Shown here piece after piece: positions 10,912 to 23,396 of a stretch of DNA of 38,586 bases. Numbering within the stretch: the first letter of the stretch is position 1; the number at the start of each line of letters is the position of its first letter. The stretch spans positions 47,185,700 to 47,224,285 of the forward strand of contig NC_068984.1 in the NCBI RefSeq assembly GCF_001194135.2, in the 5' to 3' direction. The notes under the pieces were generated by a model. The model was not told where the DNA came from, did no database searches, and worked only from the letters and a program-made list of their open reading frames with translations. The translations under genes and the position numbers were made by a program. Source of the stretch: Octopus bimaculoides. Its lineage: Eukaryota.

Positions 10912-10960
10912 CAGGGTGCCCCAGCATGGCCTCAGTGTAATGACTGAAACAAGTAAGAGA
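10912..10960 (+). mobile_element. Isolated family-B or LINE-type 3' tail
   Basis: gggtgccccagcatggcctcagtgtaatgactgaaacaagtaagag. Confidence 0.75.
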
Positions 10961-12673
10961 TAACACTACAGACACTTCGTTAAATGACAGACAAACGTCT
11001 TAGAAATGAAATAGCACGTCAAACGAAGCAGTCCCTGATATTGGAATTTGAAATCGGCCAAAAGTCTCAGAAGAGATAAAGCAGTCCTTGATATGCGAAA
11101 GGCTGAAATGACTATATCTGGAATGTATTTGATTAAAGCTCGATCGTCCTAAGTAGCGACAACGAAATGTAAATGCGTTACAAAATGCAACACATAAAAT
11201 TCATATTTACCAAAGGTATTTGATATTTTGCCTTCCACAGCTATGCTTGCTCTGAGACTACTGGTTAACCTTTGTTTCATATGCTCTGAGTAATATCAAG
11301 CGTTCCTTTCATTCTAGTGGCTGAAAATATTGAGAAAGTGTCTTGTATACAATGCATGGACGCCATGGAAATGTCCTGCGTAACACATGACACATAAGAC
11401 AAGGAATGAGTTATAAATGTTCTTATGACTAACAGCCAGCAGAACATCGTTTCTGAGAGAAGTGACTCGTTGTGTTTTCTACTATTTGTCTACAGCGAAA
11501 AGTTTTCTCCTTGACAAAACACAGCGAATGACTTTCTTATGTCCTATGTTTGTATCACTTCTTAGTGTTGTTGCTTCGTATTTTATTTTCAGCAATCTGC
11601 CGACTAGTGAAACCAGTAAAATTTATGTAAATGTAGTTATAATAGGCAAGTTTTCGAGTGTCGTCAGTTCACAGAGTTCGAATTTCCTTTTTGTGTTGCT
11701 GAAGAGTAGAAACCTACTCCGAAATGCATGCGTCCAGGAGTCTTGCTACGGACGCTGCGAACTGATTCGGTGTGTTTATACCTATTTGTCTACAGACAGA
11801 AATTTTCTACATGACAAACTACAGTGAAAGGTTCGAATATGCCTCAAGTACATTTGAACCAGTAACACACTTGTATTTATACACACCACTGCTCAGCACT
11901 GTTACCCCGTTTCTCTCTTTGTGTTTGCTTTAGATATGCTGGGGTTTGGTGTGAAAACACAAACAATGAGTGTATCATATCCAAATAAAGTAAGACAAGA
12001 CAGACACTTTCACAAAATTTAAATATAAAAATACAGCGTGTCAAGGTGACATACACAAAGTATTATCTATTATTCATGCTTATGTGTTGCCTAGATATTT
12101 CTAAGAAATATTTGTTTAGACAATTCATAATTCAATTTATTTTCGATATTGGTGAATGTGTGTATAGGTGCGTGTATATGTGCGTGTATTTGTGATTATG
12201 TCTGTTTATTATGTGCACATACTCATATTTATTTTCCCGTATATACATACACACATACCTATATGTATGCCTGCGTATGTAGCGTATACACACATGTGTG
12301 TATAGAGGTGTATGCATATATATGTATATATATCCTTATCATGCTTAGAAGCGATGTAGTGCTCCAGAATTTTCTATTCGAATCAAGTATAACAAACCAA
12401 ATCTTTGTTAGAGAATCCACGTAACTGGTGTCAGATGGGGGCTAGTTTGTACAAATACGGATATTTTCAAAGCATTTAATATGTATGTTTCAGATCTGCT
12501 TAATACATAATAGGAAATACATCCCTTACACGTTATATTTCTCAGTTAATACTTTCCAAAATATGTAAACATGTTCGTATTCTATGTAAGTTGCGTAACG
12601 GTGACATGTGGAAATTTTGTAAATACAATTATAAGCTTTCACTGTATATTAGCAATAGAAATAGTCTAATATT

Positions 12674-12871
12674 GGTTTCAAATTTTGGCACAAGGCCAGA
12701 AAGTTCGGGGGAGGGAGTAAGTCGATTACATCGACCTTAGTGCTCAACAGGTACTTATTTTATCGATCCCACAAGGATGAAAGGCAAAGTCGAACTCGGA
12801 AAGTAAGGACGGACGAAATGCCACTAAGTATTTTGCCCGACGTACTGACCATTCTTCCAGTTCACAGCCTT
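12674..12871 (-). mobile_element. Family-A SINE with about 17-bp target-site duplication
   Basis: Core and head align with the other copies. Flanks are agaaatagtctaatatt (12657-12673) and agaaattagtctaatatt (12872-12889). Confidence 0.9.
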
Positions 12872-15437
12872 AGAAATTAGTCTAATATTTGATCATATGA
12901 GCCACGCGACGAAAGAAAACGGGTATAAATTCACATGCAAATCGCATGGGAATCGCACAACTTATTTCCGCAATAATTTTGCTGACCAATTGCACCAATA
13001 TATCCACTTATATTTTTTCCGCTAAATTTCGGAACTATGATTTTATAACGCTAAATATGCAAACATGCACATATTCTGCGTATGTTTAGAAACGGTGACC
13101 AGTAAAATTTATGTAAATGTAGTTATATACATTCACAGAATATTAACTATAGAAAACAGTCTAGCACATAAACCCCCGACGGAATCAGTATGCGGATGCA
13201 GATCTGTAAATTACGAATTAAATGCTTTCAATATATCGATATTTCGTTTCCTTTAATTATGACAATCTATATATATATAATGATTATTATATATATAATG
13301 AGTATTATATATATATATATATATATATANNNNNNNNNNTATATATATGATCAAACAGGTACAAAAGAAACTAGTGTTAGTCTGCGTCGACAAGACTCTT
13401 ATTAGTTTTTAATTAAATCGATAAAAAGAATACAGTGAACTTGCAGTGGAGAGTTGAAAGCTTACCTACGCCTTCTTCAGGGAAAAACTGACAGGAGAGA
13501 AATTAACGAGCGAAGTTCGTGTATGAGAGAGAAAATGATGTCATCTTTCGAAAATATCGTTTGCATTTTGGTGTGTGTTTTGGTGCATTCATACTTTTAT
13601 ATGAATATACATTTATCCACTTACATTCTCATTGCTTAGCATATGCATACAAATAAAATGTACTGGTCAATTGCGCACTTATTCACACACGTATACACAT
13701 GTATCTGCAATTTCATCTTTATTCTGAATTCTCGTAACTGAGTGGTCTCTGTTGAAGGTCAATGTACCTGTTCCCGTTGGTTCATTGCTCTCATCAAAGA
13801 AGTGACTACAACCTTTGTCATAGTTACTCCAGGTTGCATGAAGGTTTCATGTCATCAGATCTATCACGCACAGTAGTCCACAGAGCAATTTCTATGTGAA
13901 ACCCTTGAGCACCAGTAAAAATTATATTATTTTTCAGAGTATATTTTATTTTATAAACTTTATTTCAAATTCCATCTTTTAACTATTTTCCCATCATTTA
14001 AAAATCTTTTTAAAGATATTTAAGGTTAAATGAATTACGCTTATAACATAATCACAATACCGCATGCAGATATAATAATCATAGATAATACCAGGTCATC
14101 ATGTGAAAGAAAATTATGCTACGTCAATGTTCTCAACTTTCCATCATCTCCAACTTTAAAGCAGTCTAAATACTTGCTACATTCACCGAAAACACATATT
14201 ATTTCCATCGTTCTTGCTAGTCCCCGAATGCTCCTATTAGGTTGATCATTGTCCACTGGAGTTGGAATTGTATTTTAAATATTTTCCTTTAGTGTAGTAC
14301 CAAAAACTTAGGTTTCTGCATTGATTTGAAATTACTGGTTGCCTGGACACTACGACATAACGATTAAATATTACATTCATATGTAAATACTTATTTGACG
14401 TTCTACTGAACATTAAACATTCATTGACATTATTCAATAAACTAGTGTCTGTACATGATAATTGAAGCTTTCTACTCTCATTTTATGTATTTCAACATTA
14501 ATATTCACTTATAATTAAATAAAATCCAAAATGTAGTTATTGCTATTTGTTTTTGTTTTTTTTGTTTCTTTTTTTTATACGACGAAATATTTCTCTTCAC
14601 AAATATATTTCCTGCTTATTCTTTTGTTTACAGTATTCTATTTAATTTCAGAATTCTATTGGAAGAACTATTGCCATTTAGTTTTATGTTTCTATAAATG
14701 AAATACAATACTTCAGTTTCAAGCTCACTGCTTCCTTCTTTCTTTTCTACTTCTTATCATTTACTTTTAATATTTATAGACTAATATATATGTTCTGAGA
14801 ATTTCGTCTTCATCTGATGTAACCTAGTTTTAGGTTTTCAAATAGAAATGTTGTGAGGTGGAATGATCTTATAAATCACATGTCTAACTATCTCATGACT
14901 GCAACGATGTACATATGTTTAAGTGTATATGAATCACATGTAATGCGTGTTAGCATGCCTGTGTAGTGAAGAAGTTTGCTTCACAAATAGGTGGATTTAT
15001 ATTGAAATTTACTGTGCTGTATCTTGAGCTTGTGGTTCTACCACAGTTTTCGGTGAAACAAAATTTGTATGTAAAATTTGGTATACGTACTTGTGTACAA
15101 AGCAATTCCGGCGGCAAACCATTCCTCCTCTTGAATTGAATCTGTCACCCAGTTTAGCACCACAGATTCACACTTGAGTATTTTAAGTGGATTACAATCT
15201 ACTGAAAGCATGCTGGTAAAGTTCTTCAGTATATGACACGAATATTATGCAGTAGTCGAATTAATCTATATTCCAATGGATTACGTAAAATTAGATATTG
15301 CTGTCCTGGGAATTTCTCGAATTTCTCAATAGACACTAAATTGCCTTTCGGATATGCACATTTGTTTTTAATATACATCAGCAATGACATTCTCACTGCT
15401 AATGCCTTTCTTGTATACTGCACAAATGAAATTCTTT

Positions 15438-15570
15438 TCCCCCCGTTACTTAGCAGTTCGATAAAAGAGACCAATAGAATAAGTACTAGGCTTTAAAATA
15501 AAGTGCTAGGGTCGATTTATTCGACTAAGAATTTTTCAAGGCGGATTCATAGCACAGCTGAATTCGCATA
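15438..15570 (+). mobile_element. Family-B SINE 3' half
   Basis: gagaccaatagaataagtactaggc..gggtcgatttattcgact. Confidence 0.75.
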
Positions 15571-15594
15571 AAAATTGAAGTATCAAAATTTCTC

Positions 15595-15960
15595 AGTGGC
15601 TGTGTGGTAAGTAGCTTGCTCACCAAGCCTTGTGAGTGGATTTGGTAGACGGAAACTGAAAGAGGCCCGTCGTATATATGTATATATGTATATATGTATA
15701 TATGTATGTGTGTGTGTATATGTTTGTGTGTCTGTGCTTGTCCCCCCCAACATCGCTTGACAACCGATGCTGGTGTGGTTATGTCCCCGTAACTTTGCGG
15801 TTTGGCTAAAGAGACTGATAGAATAAGTACTACGCTTACAAAGAATAAGTCCTGGGGTCGATTTGCTCGACTAAAGACGGTGGTCCAGCATGGCCACAGT
15901 CAAATGACTGAAACGAGTAAAAGAGTAAAAGAGTAAAAGAGTAAAAGAGTAAAAGAGTAA
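15595..15960 (+). mobile_element. Family-B SINE with a 75-bp head deletion and an (AAAAGAGT)n tail
   Basis: Aligns to 10415-10851 but lacks the segment between the two ACCAA copies. Confidence 0.9.
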
Positions 15961-16186
15961 GCATTTTGCATTATGTTTGTATTNNNNNNNNNNNNNNNNN
16001 NNNNNNNNNNNNNNNNNNNNNNNNNNNNNNNNNNNNNNNNNNNNNNNNNNNNNNNNNNNNNNNNNNNNNNNNNNNNNNNNNNNNNNNNNNNNNNNNNNNN
16101 NNNNNNNNNNNNNNNNNNNNNNNNNNNNNNNNNNNNNNNNNNNNNNNNNNNNNNNNNNNNNNNNNNNNNNNNNNNNNNNNNNNNNN

Positions 16187-16241
16187 GCAGCAGGAGCAGT
16201 AGTACTAGTAGTAGTAGTAGTAGTAGTAGTAGCAGCAGCAA

Positions 16242-16298
<57 letters not shown>

Positions 16299-16310
16299 CA
16301 GCAGCAGCAA

Positions 16311-16358
<48 letters not shown>
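16187..16358. repeat. (AGT)n/(AGC)n tract forming the tail of the adjacent R4 element
   Basis: Seen directly; abuts the R4 3' UTR. Confidence 0.95.
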
Positions 16359-16359
<1 letters not shown>

Positions 16360-17437
16360 CTTATTTTATCACGTTCTTTTCCTGCACTACCCAGCGCAGC
16401 TTTGTGGGCCTTGGGTATGTGCTGTGGTTTGTTGTGGTGCTCTTATTTTCCCTGTATTTTACGAAGGATGTGTACGGAACCTCATTGTGTTATTTTCTGT
16501 TTGTTATATGTACTCGTAAGTACTGGTGTTTTATAATGCATTTGTGTAAACTTCTTTTTTATCATACCTAATGTGCCTACTATGAAAGGAATTGCTTCTC
16601 TTTTTAGACTCCACATTCGAGGTAGATCTGTTTCCAGTTCTTTGTATTGTGAAAGTTTCTCCGTTTCTTTTAGAGAAATATTGTTATCTGTTGGTATTGA
16701 TACATCGATTAGAAAGCATATCTTTTTCGTGGTGATACCTGACATCTATATCCGGCCTATTAGCCTTAATTTCTTTATCTGTGTACATTGGCATATTCCA
16801 GAATATGGTTGCTTTCTCACTTTTTGTGACCTTTTTCTGACATGTGCCTATACCATCTTTTTTCTGTTGTTATTCCATAGTATTGGCATAGCTTTCAGTG
16901 TATATAGATCCCAGGTCTGTCGTGTCTGTATTATTTTCATTGTTATCTCTGCTGCTATATTCCAATACCCGTCTTTTGATAGCTTCGAGCTCTACTTCTG
17001 TGAACCAAAATTTTTTTCTAATAGCTTGATCACATAATCTCTTTTCCGTGAGTTGAAACAATCCCTTTTCTCTCCAATGATCATACATATGTTGTCAGTA
17101 ACCCCTAATTTGAGCACCATTTTCATCTACAAGTTTGCTCAGGTAGTAACACTATGACCACAGCATTGATTTGCTTGCTTCATCTACGCCGTATGTAGTG
17201 GTCCCTTACTGGATATCGACAGGCTGGAGTCGGAACAGAATCTCTGAGTCTGCCAGGTGCAACACTGTCACCATCAATGGGCTTCAGTTTCATTACCACC
17301 TTTATTCACAATATTTTTTTTCATTGTCAGTCATATGAGGTAGCGATTATCAGGTTGCGTAATTGCCAGTGTTTTTATTGTAACACCATCACTGGATGTA
17401 CCATTAATCAGGACATGGGGAGATTCCTCCCGCTTCC
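16359..17437 (-). mobile_element. R4/Dong-clade element with internal deletion (N-terminal domain fused to RLE, no RT)
   Basis: RR*SKQINAVV..YLSK..IRGY*QHMYDHWREKGLFQLTEKRLCDQAIRKKFWFTEVELEAIKRR, then from about 16855 RWYRH..ATIFWNMPMYTDKEIKANRPDI..CFLIDVSIPTDNNISLKETEKLSQYKEL..RMW..IPFIVGTLG..GSVHILRKI*. Confidence 0.9.
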
Positions 17438-17586
17438 TTTCATTATCATTATTATCATCACTGATATCACTGATTTTATTGTTTTTATTTTTAATATTTA
17501 TCATTGTTAAATTAACAGACTCAGAAGTTACACTGGCCTTTGCAGGGCAGGGGTGGCACTAAGTTCCAGCGTTGCTCACATGGACA

Positions 17587-17604
17587 GCCGCATAGAAAAT
17601 TACA

Positions 17605-17670
<66 letters not shown>
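17587..17670. repeat. (ATT)n microsatellite
   Basis: Seen directly. Confidence 0.95.
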
Positions 17671-17672
<2 letters not shown>

Positions 17673-17918
17673 CTTTTCTTTTATTCCTTGATACAAAACA
17701 AGCGGAAAATTTTCAAGATAATATAGATTACTTATATTCTACCGAATTACTGTTCGAATATCAATGAAAGCAGAAAAAGACAACTAAACCAGAACCATGA
17801 AATTAAATCTGATTATTTTAAACAAACTATTCGAGTAGATATGATGGATTTTTTTTTGTTTCAAATCAATACTGCCGTAAACACACTGTTATAAATGTAG
17901 ATATTAAGGCAATGACAT

Positions 17919-18037
17919 GGAAGAAGAAGAAGAAGAAGAAGAAGAAGAAGAAGAAGAAGAAGAAGAAGAAGAAGAAGAAGAAGAAGAAGAAGAAGAAGAA
18001 CCCTAACCCTAACAACAACAACAACAACAACAACAAT
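17919..18037. repeat. (GAA)n - CCCTAACCCTAA - (CAA)n compound microsatellite
   Basis: Seen directly. Confidence 0.95.
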
Positions 18038-19091
18038 TCAGTTTGGGGACAAATTTATTGGAAAAGAGTGTGCACCAGTAGAGAGAAATACACTTGTGTC
18101 ACGGATACCATAGATATCATCACATTTTATCTTAGTTAAATGAATAAATCACTCACAAATCACTTAAAAGCATTTATTGCTTAGTCGTTTTCCACCCGTC
18201 ATGTAATTTTCTACAGTAATGTATCAATATATCAGCAATTAACACACAGCTTTTTCTTGTTGCTGCTCTTGTAATACATGGCTAGCCTTTAGACTTGCAA
18301 GAAAGACTATGACAAAGCTTGAATGTGGTTTTTCGAACTGCAAGATATAACAGCCAAATTTCTCTCAATATTTTACCATATACTTTTCAATAATAAAGAA
18401 ATAAAAGGAAAGAAAGTATATTGAACCATGTGATTTGAAATGGATAATGTCTAAATTAGACGGAATAATTGAAAACAGAAACATTTAATCAGGTGTACCT
18501 TCATGGGTGTTGCTTATGCTAAACCACAACTTATAAAGAAATCACACATGCTTTGCATAAATTACCCCACTTGATGTTGGGTTTACATCTTGTAACAGTT
18601 TATCTGAAAACTCTGAATACACTAAATATTCTCTCATTGATACATATAAGTTAACATCTGTGTCTTGGAACACATTCACCGTTTATAAAATCATACATCA
18701 ATTGCTAATTTCTCAGCTCATAAAATACATATTACATTTTATTTCTATGCTCAGGACCTCTCGTATATGATGAATATGGTGCTTAATGATTGTACTTTAT
18801 AGAACCAACAATCATTTATCAGCTATTTAAGAGATTCGAAAGTGATAGTATCAAACTCTTGCTTTTGCTTTTTTTTTGTTTTCTTATCAGATTTTCCTTC
18901 GGTAGGTCATTGTTATTCTACTATACTAATGGATGTATATTCAATTTTTGTTACCGATACGTTTCTATACAATTTGTTTTATCTTCATATTTTGCTTGTA
19001 CTACACACACACACACACGCGCACACATACACACACATGTATGTATATGTACGCATACGCATATATATATGTATATATAAAAATGTATACG

Positions 19092-19214
<123 letters not shown>

Positions 19215-20087
19215 CAAATTGATGTCTTATAAAATTATTCCGCATATACAATAACAGCCATACCAACAATCCAACACACCTCCATCATTAGCTGCCCCAC
19301 AAATATCACTATGGTTTCGACACCTGGGCAGTACCATTCAGTCCAGCTGTGTCAACAGCACTAAAATAAGTGCCGTTTGGGAAAAAACATACCTTAGATA
19401 TCACTACATTCATTCAATCTTAATTGTAGGAAGGATTAAACACTAATATTATTAATTAAGCTACAAAAAGGAAAGCATATTAACCCTATATGCAAAAACA
19501 GTATCGATAAATTAATAATTCTATAAGTAAACCTATAACCAACTTCTAAATTATCTAACTAAATAGCAACCTAGACCTTGAAGTCCATACAGATAATGTT
19601 TCCGCCAGTCTTCCATAATTATTAATATAAAAGTGAAAGCTTTTATATTCTATTTTTTCCAAAACAAAGCAAACTCGTTTGAACTTACCTTAACTACTAA
19701 TATAACTAATTCTAAATGAATTACACTATTTCATAACAGAAAAGTTAATAACACTGGTCAAAATGAAACTTTTTTAAATCATCAGAGTTGCTGATTGACT
19801 TTTCTGGGTTAAATTTTGATGCTGATTACGAATCTGAAGTCCAATTTCCTCTATCGGGTCACATTTTCATGTTAACGATACCTGCTGTTTTAACTTATAG
19901 GATATGTAAAGCATGTCTGTATAAAGTATATTGAATACAAGATACGATGATTCCATGGCTTTTTATTGTACAAAATTAAAATTATTGTGTACAAATAAGT
20001 TAGAATACACTCGAATGCATAACAACTTAAAATCTTTGGGATTTTGACTTTCTATGGTGTTTTGTCTGAGGTTCATTCCTGTATAAC

Positions 20088-20630
20088 ATACATACATACA
20101 TACATCACAGCTGCATCTTCGTTACACGTGAAAAGCCATTGCTAAGAAGACTTACTGAAATGATTTGTGATTGTTGTCATGTGATGCCCTTATGTGACTT
20201 TTAAGCCCGGCGAAGCTCTTACACATTTTATTACATACTAGACAACTGTGCTGGCTGGCAAGAGAAACAGGTGCCACCATATGCATTCTCTTAACATGTA
20301 TTTTTAGACCTGCAACTGAGAGGCACACCCTTCCACATTTTACACACGTTCTGCTATGAATTTTAATAGCCACAACATTGTTTATCATGGGTCGATTTCT
20401 ATGAGAATTTTGATGGCTCACCAGGCCTGCACGACTCAAACACCTCCGCCCGCAAACCACACACATAAAAAGCAATTCTCTCTCACTTTCCACAGGTTCC
20501 CCCTTCTAAGTTCCCTCCTAATTCTCTCATACTTCACTTTCTCCCTCTTGAACTTTGAACAACCATCCTGCAACATCATCCTTCATGCATCACGGTATTG
20601 TGCCTCCCTCTCCCAATTACCAGCTGTGCG
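20088..20630 (-). mobile_element. RTE-clade LINE 3' end, 5'-truncated, with (ATGT)n tail
   Basis: Minus frame GNWEREAQYRDA*RMMLQDGCSKFKREK matches the RTE C-terminal pattern WE..A.DR..WR....G...FE. C2H2 fingers follow, then a short UTR and tgtatgtatgtatgt. Confidence 0.8.
20152..20493 (-). CDS. Open 113-codon frame encoding three C2H2 zinc fingers (RTE ORF C-terminus)
   Basis: C-x2-C-x12-H-x3/4-H three times (CVVC..HQNSH, CVKC..HVKRMH, CLVC..HIRASH), with no TGEKP linkers. First ATG at 20466. Expression is unknown. Confidence 0.6.
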   Translation of the reverse strand: MESERELLFMCVVCGRRCLSRAGLVSHQNSHRNRPMINNVVAIKIHSRTCVKCGRVCLSVAGLKIHVKRMHMVAPVSLASQHSCLVCNKMCKSFAGLKSHIRASHDNNHKSFQ

Positions 20631-20679
20631 TGTGTGTGAGAATACACATATGTACTCACATGCACACACAGACACACAT

Positions 20680-21683
20680 ATTTTCTTATTCTTGTATTCT
20701 TTTATATGTTCAGCCGTGAAATTGCGCCCATTGCTGGAGCACCGCCAGTGAAATCACCTTTACAATGGCCAATTTTATGTGATTGGCTTTTGGTGAAGTA
20801 GGGAGTTTGACACTGCTATTTTCTTTTTGAGTCTTCAGTCATAATATTCGTTCTTCTGGAACCTTCAAAGCATCTAACTCTACTTCATGAATATCCTTCA
20901 ACTGTTTTAGCAAGACGTTAAATAAGTGTGGGCCCTTGATTCCCAAGCTATTGCAGTACATGGTCCTCACTCTAGACTGGATAGCTGAGACATTTAGAAC
21001 GGTGCAGTGAAGTCCAGTTCGGGAGCTGCTATAGCTCTCGGTATTAAAGTTTCGTGCCAGGCCTTCAGGACCTTTCACACCTGTATCACTGTATACCTCT
21101 CCCCTCTTTGCTCCAGGGAGTAGAGTTATAGCTGTTTCAGTCTCTCCCAGTAACTCAGCTGTTCTATCGATGAAATCTTTCTGATGTAACACTGCCGAAC
21201 TGCCACAAGTCCCGCTATTAAGTTGGTAGTGTCGTGTGACTACATTTGAGAGCAGTAGTCTAGACGGCTGAGTACAAATGTCCTCCATAGAATCAGCATA
21301 GTTTCTTGGTCCCTTGTTCTGAAGGATCTCAGAGTCCATCCGACCTTTCACTTGCACACTGCCACTATCTTGATGATATGCACGTGAAACGAGGCATCGT
21401 TGCTCATATCAATTCCCAGATCACGAACTATTCGTAATGGGATCGCTGCTTCTTTTGGCCTAAAGTATCATTGTTGCTGCTTCTGAGTACCAAATAGCTG
21501 GTAGCGGAGGGCATGGAATTTACCGTCATTAAATTGCATGTTGGTTTCTTGAGCATGACATCTAGGCCTTTCTGTAGAAAATTAGCATCAGAAGGTTCCT
21601 TAACTGCTTCTACTACTTTTGCGTCGACGGCATAGATAGTAAGTGTGGTTTTGTGTGTGTCTGATAGCGTGCCTGAAAGAGTC
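20680..21683 (-). mobile_element. CR1/L2-group (Jockey-like) LINE: RT C-terminal half, ORF end and 3' UTR; decayed
   Basis: YAVD in place of YADD at 21623-21634, MQFNDGKFHALRY, VRDLGIDMSND.SF..HI, RTMYCNSLGIKGPHLFNVL, SNSLLHQ. Tail (AAGAAT)-like at 20680-20707. Confidence 0.85.
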
Positions 21684-21706
21684 GTATATATGAATATATA
21701 TGAATA

Positions 21707-21731
21707 TCTATCTATCTATATATATATATAT

Positions 21732-21777
<46 letters not shown>

Positions 21778-21823
21778 CGATAGATACATACATACATACA
21801 TATATACATACATACATACATAA

Positions 21824-21871
<48 letters not shown>

Positions 21872-21965
21872 GTAGATGCATAGATACATAGATAGATACA
21901 TAGATAGATAGATATAGAGATACATATAAGCATTTATGTATACGGAAATGTAGAGAGAGAGGGGG
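21707..21965. repeat. Compound (TA)/(GATA)/(TACA) microsatellite
   Basis: Seen directly; explains the YLSI/CMYV ORFs. Confidence 0.95.
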
Positions 21966-22159
21966 GTGGGAGAGAGAGTGGGAATGGAAGCTTCTAAATC
22001 TTGACATTCAAAATTTATGATTAGTTCCCTACTGACAATATCTAACCAACAATGTAATCCCAAATCAATTTCGAATTGTATAATTCAAGAATTATCATCA
22101 ATTCTATTTATACTATATTTATTCTGCCACAGTAAAACACTTTTAAAATGCTTACCTAA

Positions 22160-23085
22160 TTAAAAAACGAAAAATGCATTATCAGCAATGAGGATTTCTG
22201 ACGCTTTTCGCGTATTTTGTATTCATGCAGATATTCTAGTCTTCACTAAATTGCAGTGCACCTGGAAAATAATAAGCGAAATTACTTTTCTTGAGAAATA
22301 GCTGCACGTTAAGCACAAAGTCCAAGAGATACAATTCCTGAAGCCTCTTTTCTAGCTATCAATATAATTCCTATTCAAAAAGATTATTTTACTTTCGTAT
22401 TCCATCTGCATGACAACAAGCAATGCAGACAACGAATGAAAGACGCCCCTTTGGAAGCGTGACTCGATATAAGCTGTGACTCCATTACTGGAAGGGAACA
22501 TATTGCACACATAAGCTAGCATGAATGTTTCTACCTAAGACTCCTCCTTAAAGTGCAAGGTTCAAGTTCATTTCAAGCTATTCGAATAGAGAGTTGCGAA
22601 GCCAATGATTTTGACAAAGAAAGATTTACTTTGTATTTGGATTGCAGGATGTAGCATAGAAGCCTTTGTATTTGAGACAGATCATCAAAGATTTAATGTT
22701 CATTTCTCCATGTTGTTAATCTAATGTACACTATACAATCTGCCTCTGCTTTGGGCGAGTTATCCTGACCATATTGTGGAAGATCTCATGGATCATGTTC
22801 AAGTGTACCGTGGCACAGAAATAAGATACAGAATGGAATGGATTCGTCTATTCGCCAACGTTGCCAAGTATTTGGGAACCGGACAAGGTTTTAAGGTATG
22901 GTAAGTGATTGTCGAGGATAAATGCACAAAAACACACGAGAGTGCTCTGAAGGCCATGGACAGGACATTGCAGTACGTGATTGGCAATAGATTTGGAACG
23001 GAAACCGCGGCAACAGTGTTGCTGTGTGACTTAAGAACCCACCATCTGTCACAAAACTCAAACGGTGATGAAGTGTACGTTTGTG
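22160..23085 (+). pseudogene. Helitron Rep/Helicase relic, internally deleted
   Basis: ISNEDF*R..IAVHLENNKRNYF..AQSPRDT, then GR..HECFYLRLLLKVQGSSSFQAIR, PLLWASYPDHIVEDL and IVEDKCTKTHESALKAMDRTLQYVIGN..VLLCDLR. These are colinear Helitron RepHel/PIF1 motifs; I did not see a Walker A. Confidence 0.85.
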
Positions 23086-23396
23086 TTTGTGTGTGTAATA
23101 TTTATCTATCGATCGATCTATATAGATAGGTAGGTAGATAATAGCCAAAACTTCGAAGTCGCTGTCACGTTTAAGCATAAATTTGAACTATACAAAAGTG
23201 TAGAGTAACTACTCAGATTAATGTAAAATTGTTTTTATCATAATATAATAACAAACATTCGTATACATGTGTACACACACACATATATATAGGTGTGGGG
23301 ATGAATGCCACCGCACGAAATTCTTAGCTGTTGAGTCACTCCATCACTTCTGCTAAATATTAATAAATAAATAAATACCCCCACACACTCACGTAT

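Noticed and set aside
13841-13860. Other CTGATGA...GAAA matches on the minus strand (about 13845 and 25770-25793) and TGATGAG..CGAAA at about 1683-1716
   Set aside because: No stem II can form; the 25.8-kb match lies inside mariner coding sequence.
13700-13915. Candidate exons at 13700-13915, 9560-9720, 31039-31098 and 32400-32500
   Set aside because: Complex-looking sequence, but no combination of good splice sites, open frame and recognisable peptide.
17360-17437. Possible HDV-like ribozyme at the R4 5' end
   Set aside because: A ccagtg/cactgg hairpin exists, but I could not fit the nested double pseudoknot by eye; a descriptor search is needed.
17999-18013. Two CCCTAA units as a telomerase-healing scar
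   Set aside because: Only two units, easily derived by mutation within the adjoining (GAA)/(CAA) repeats.
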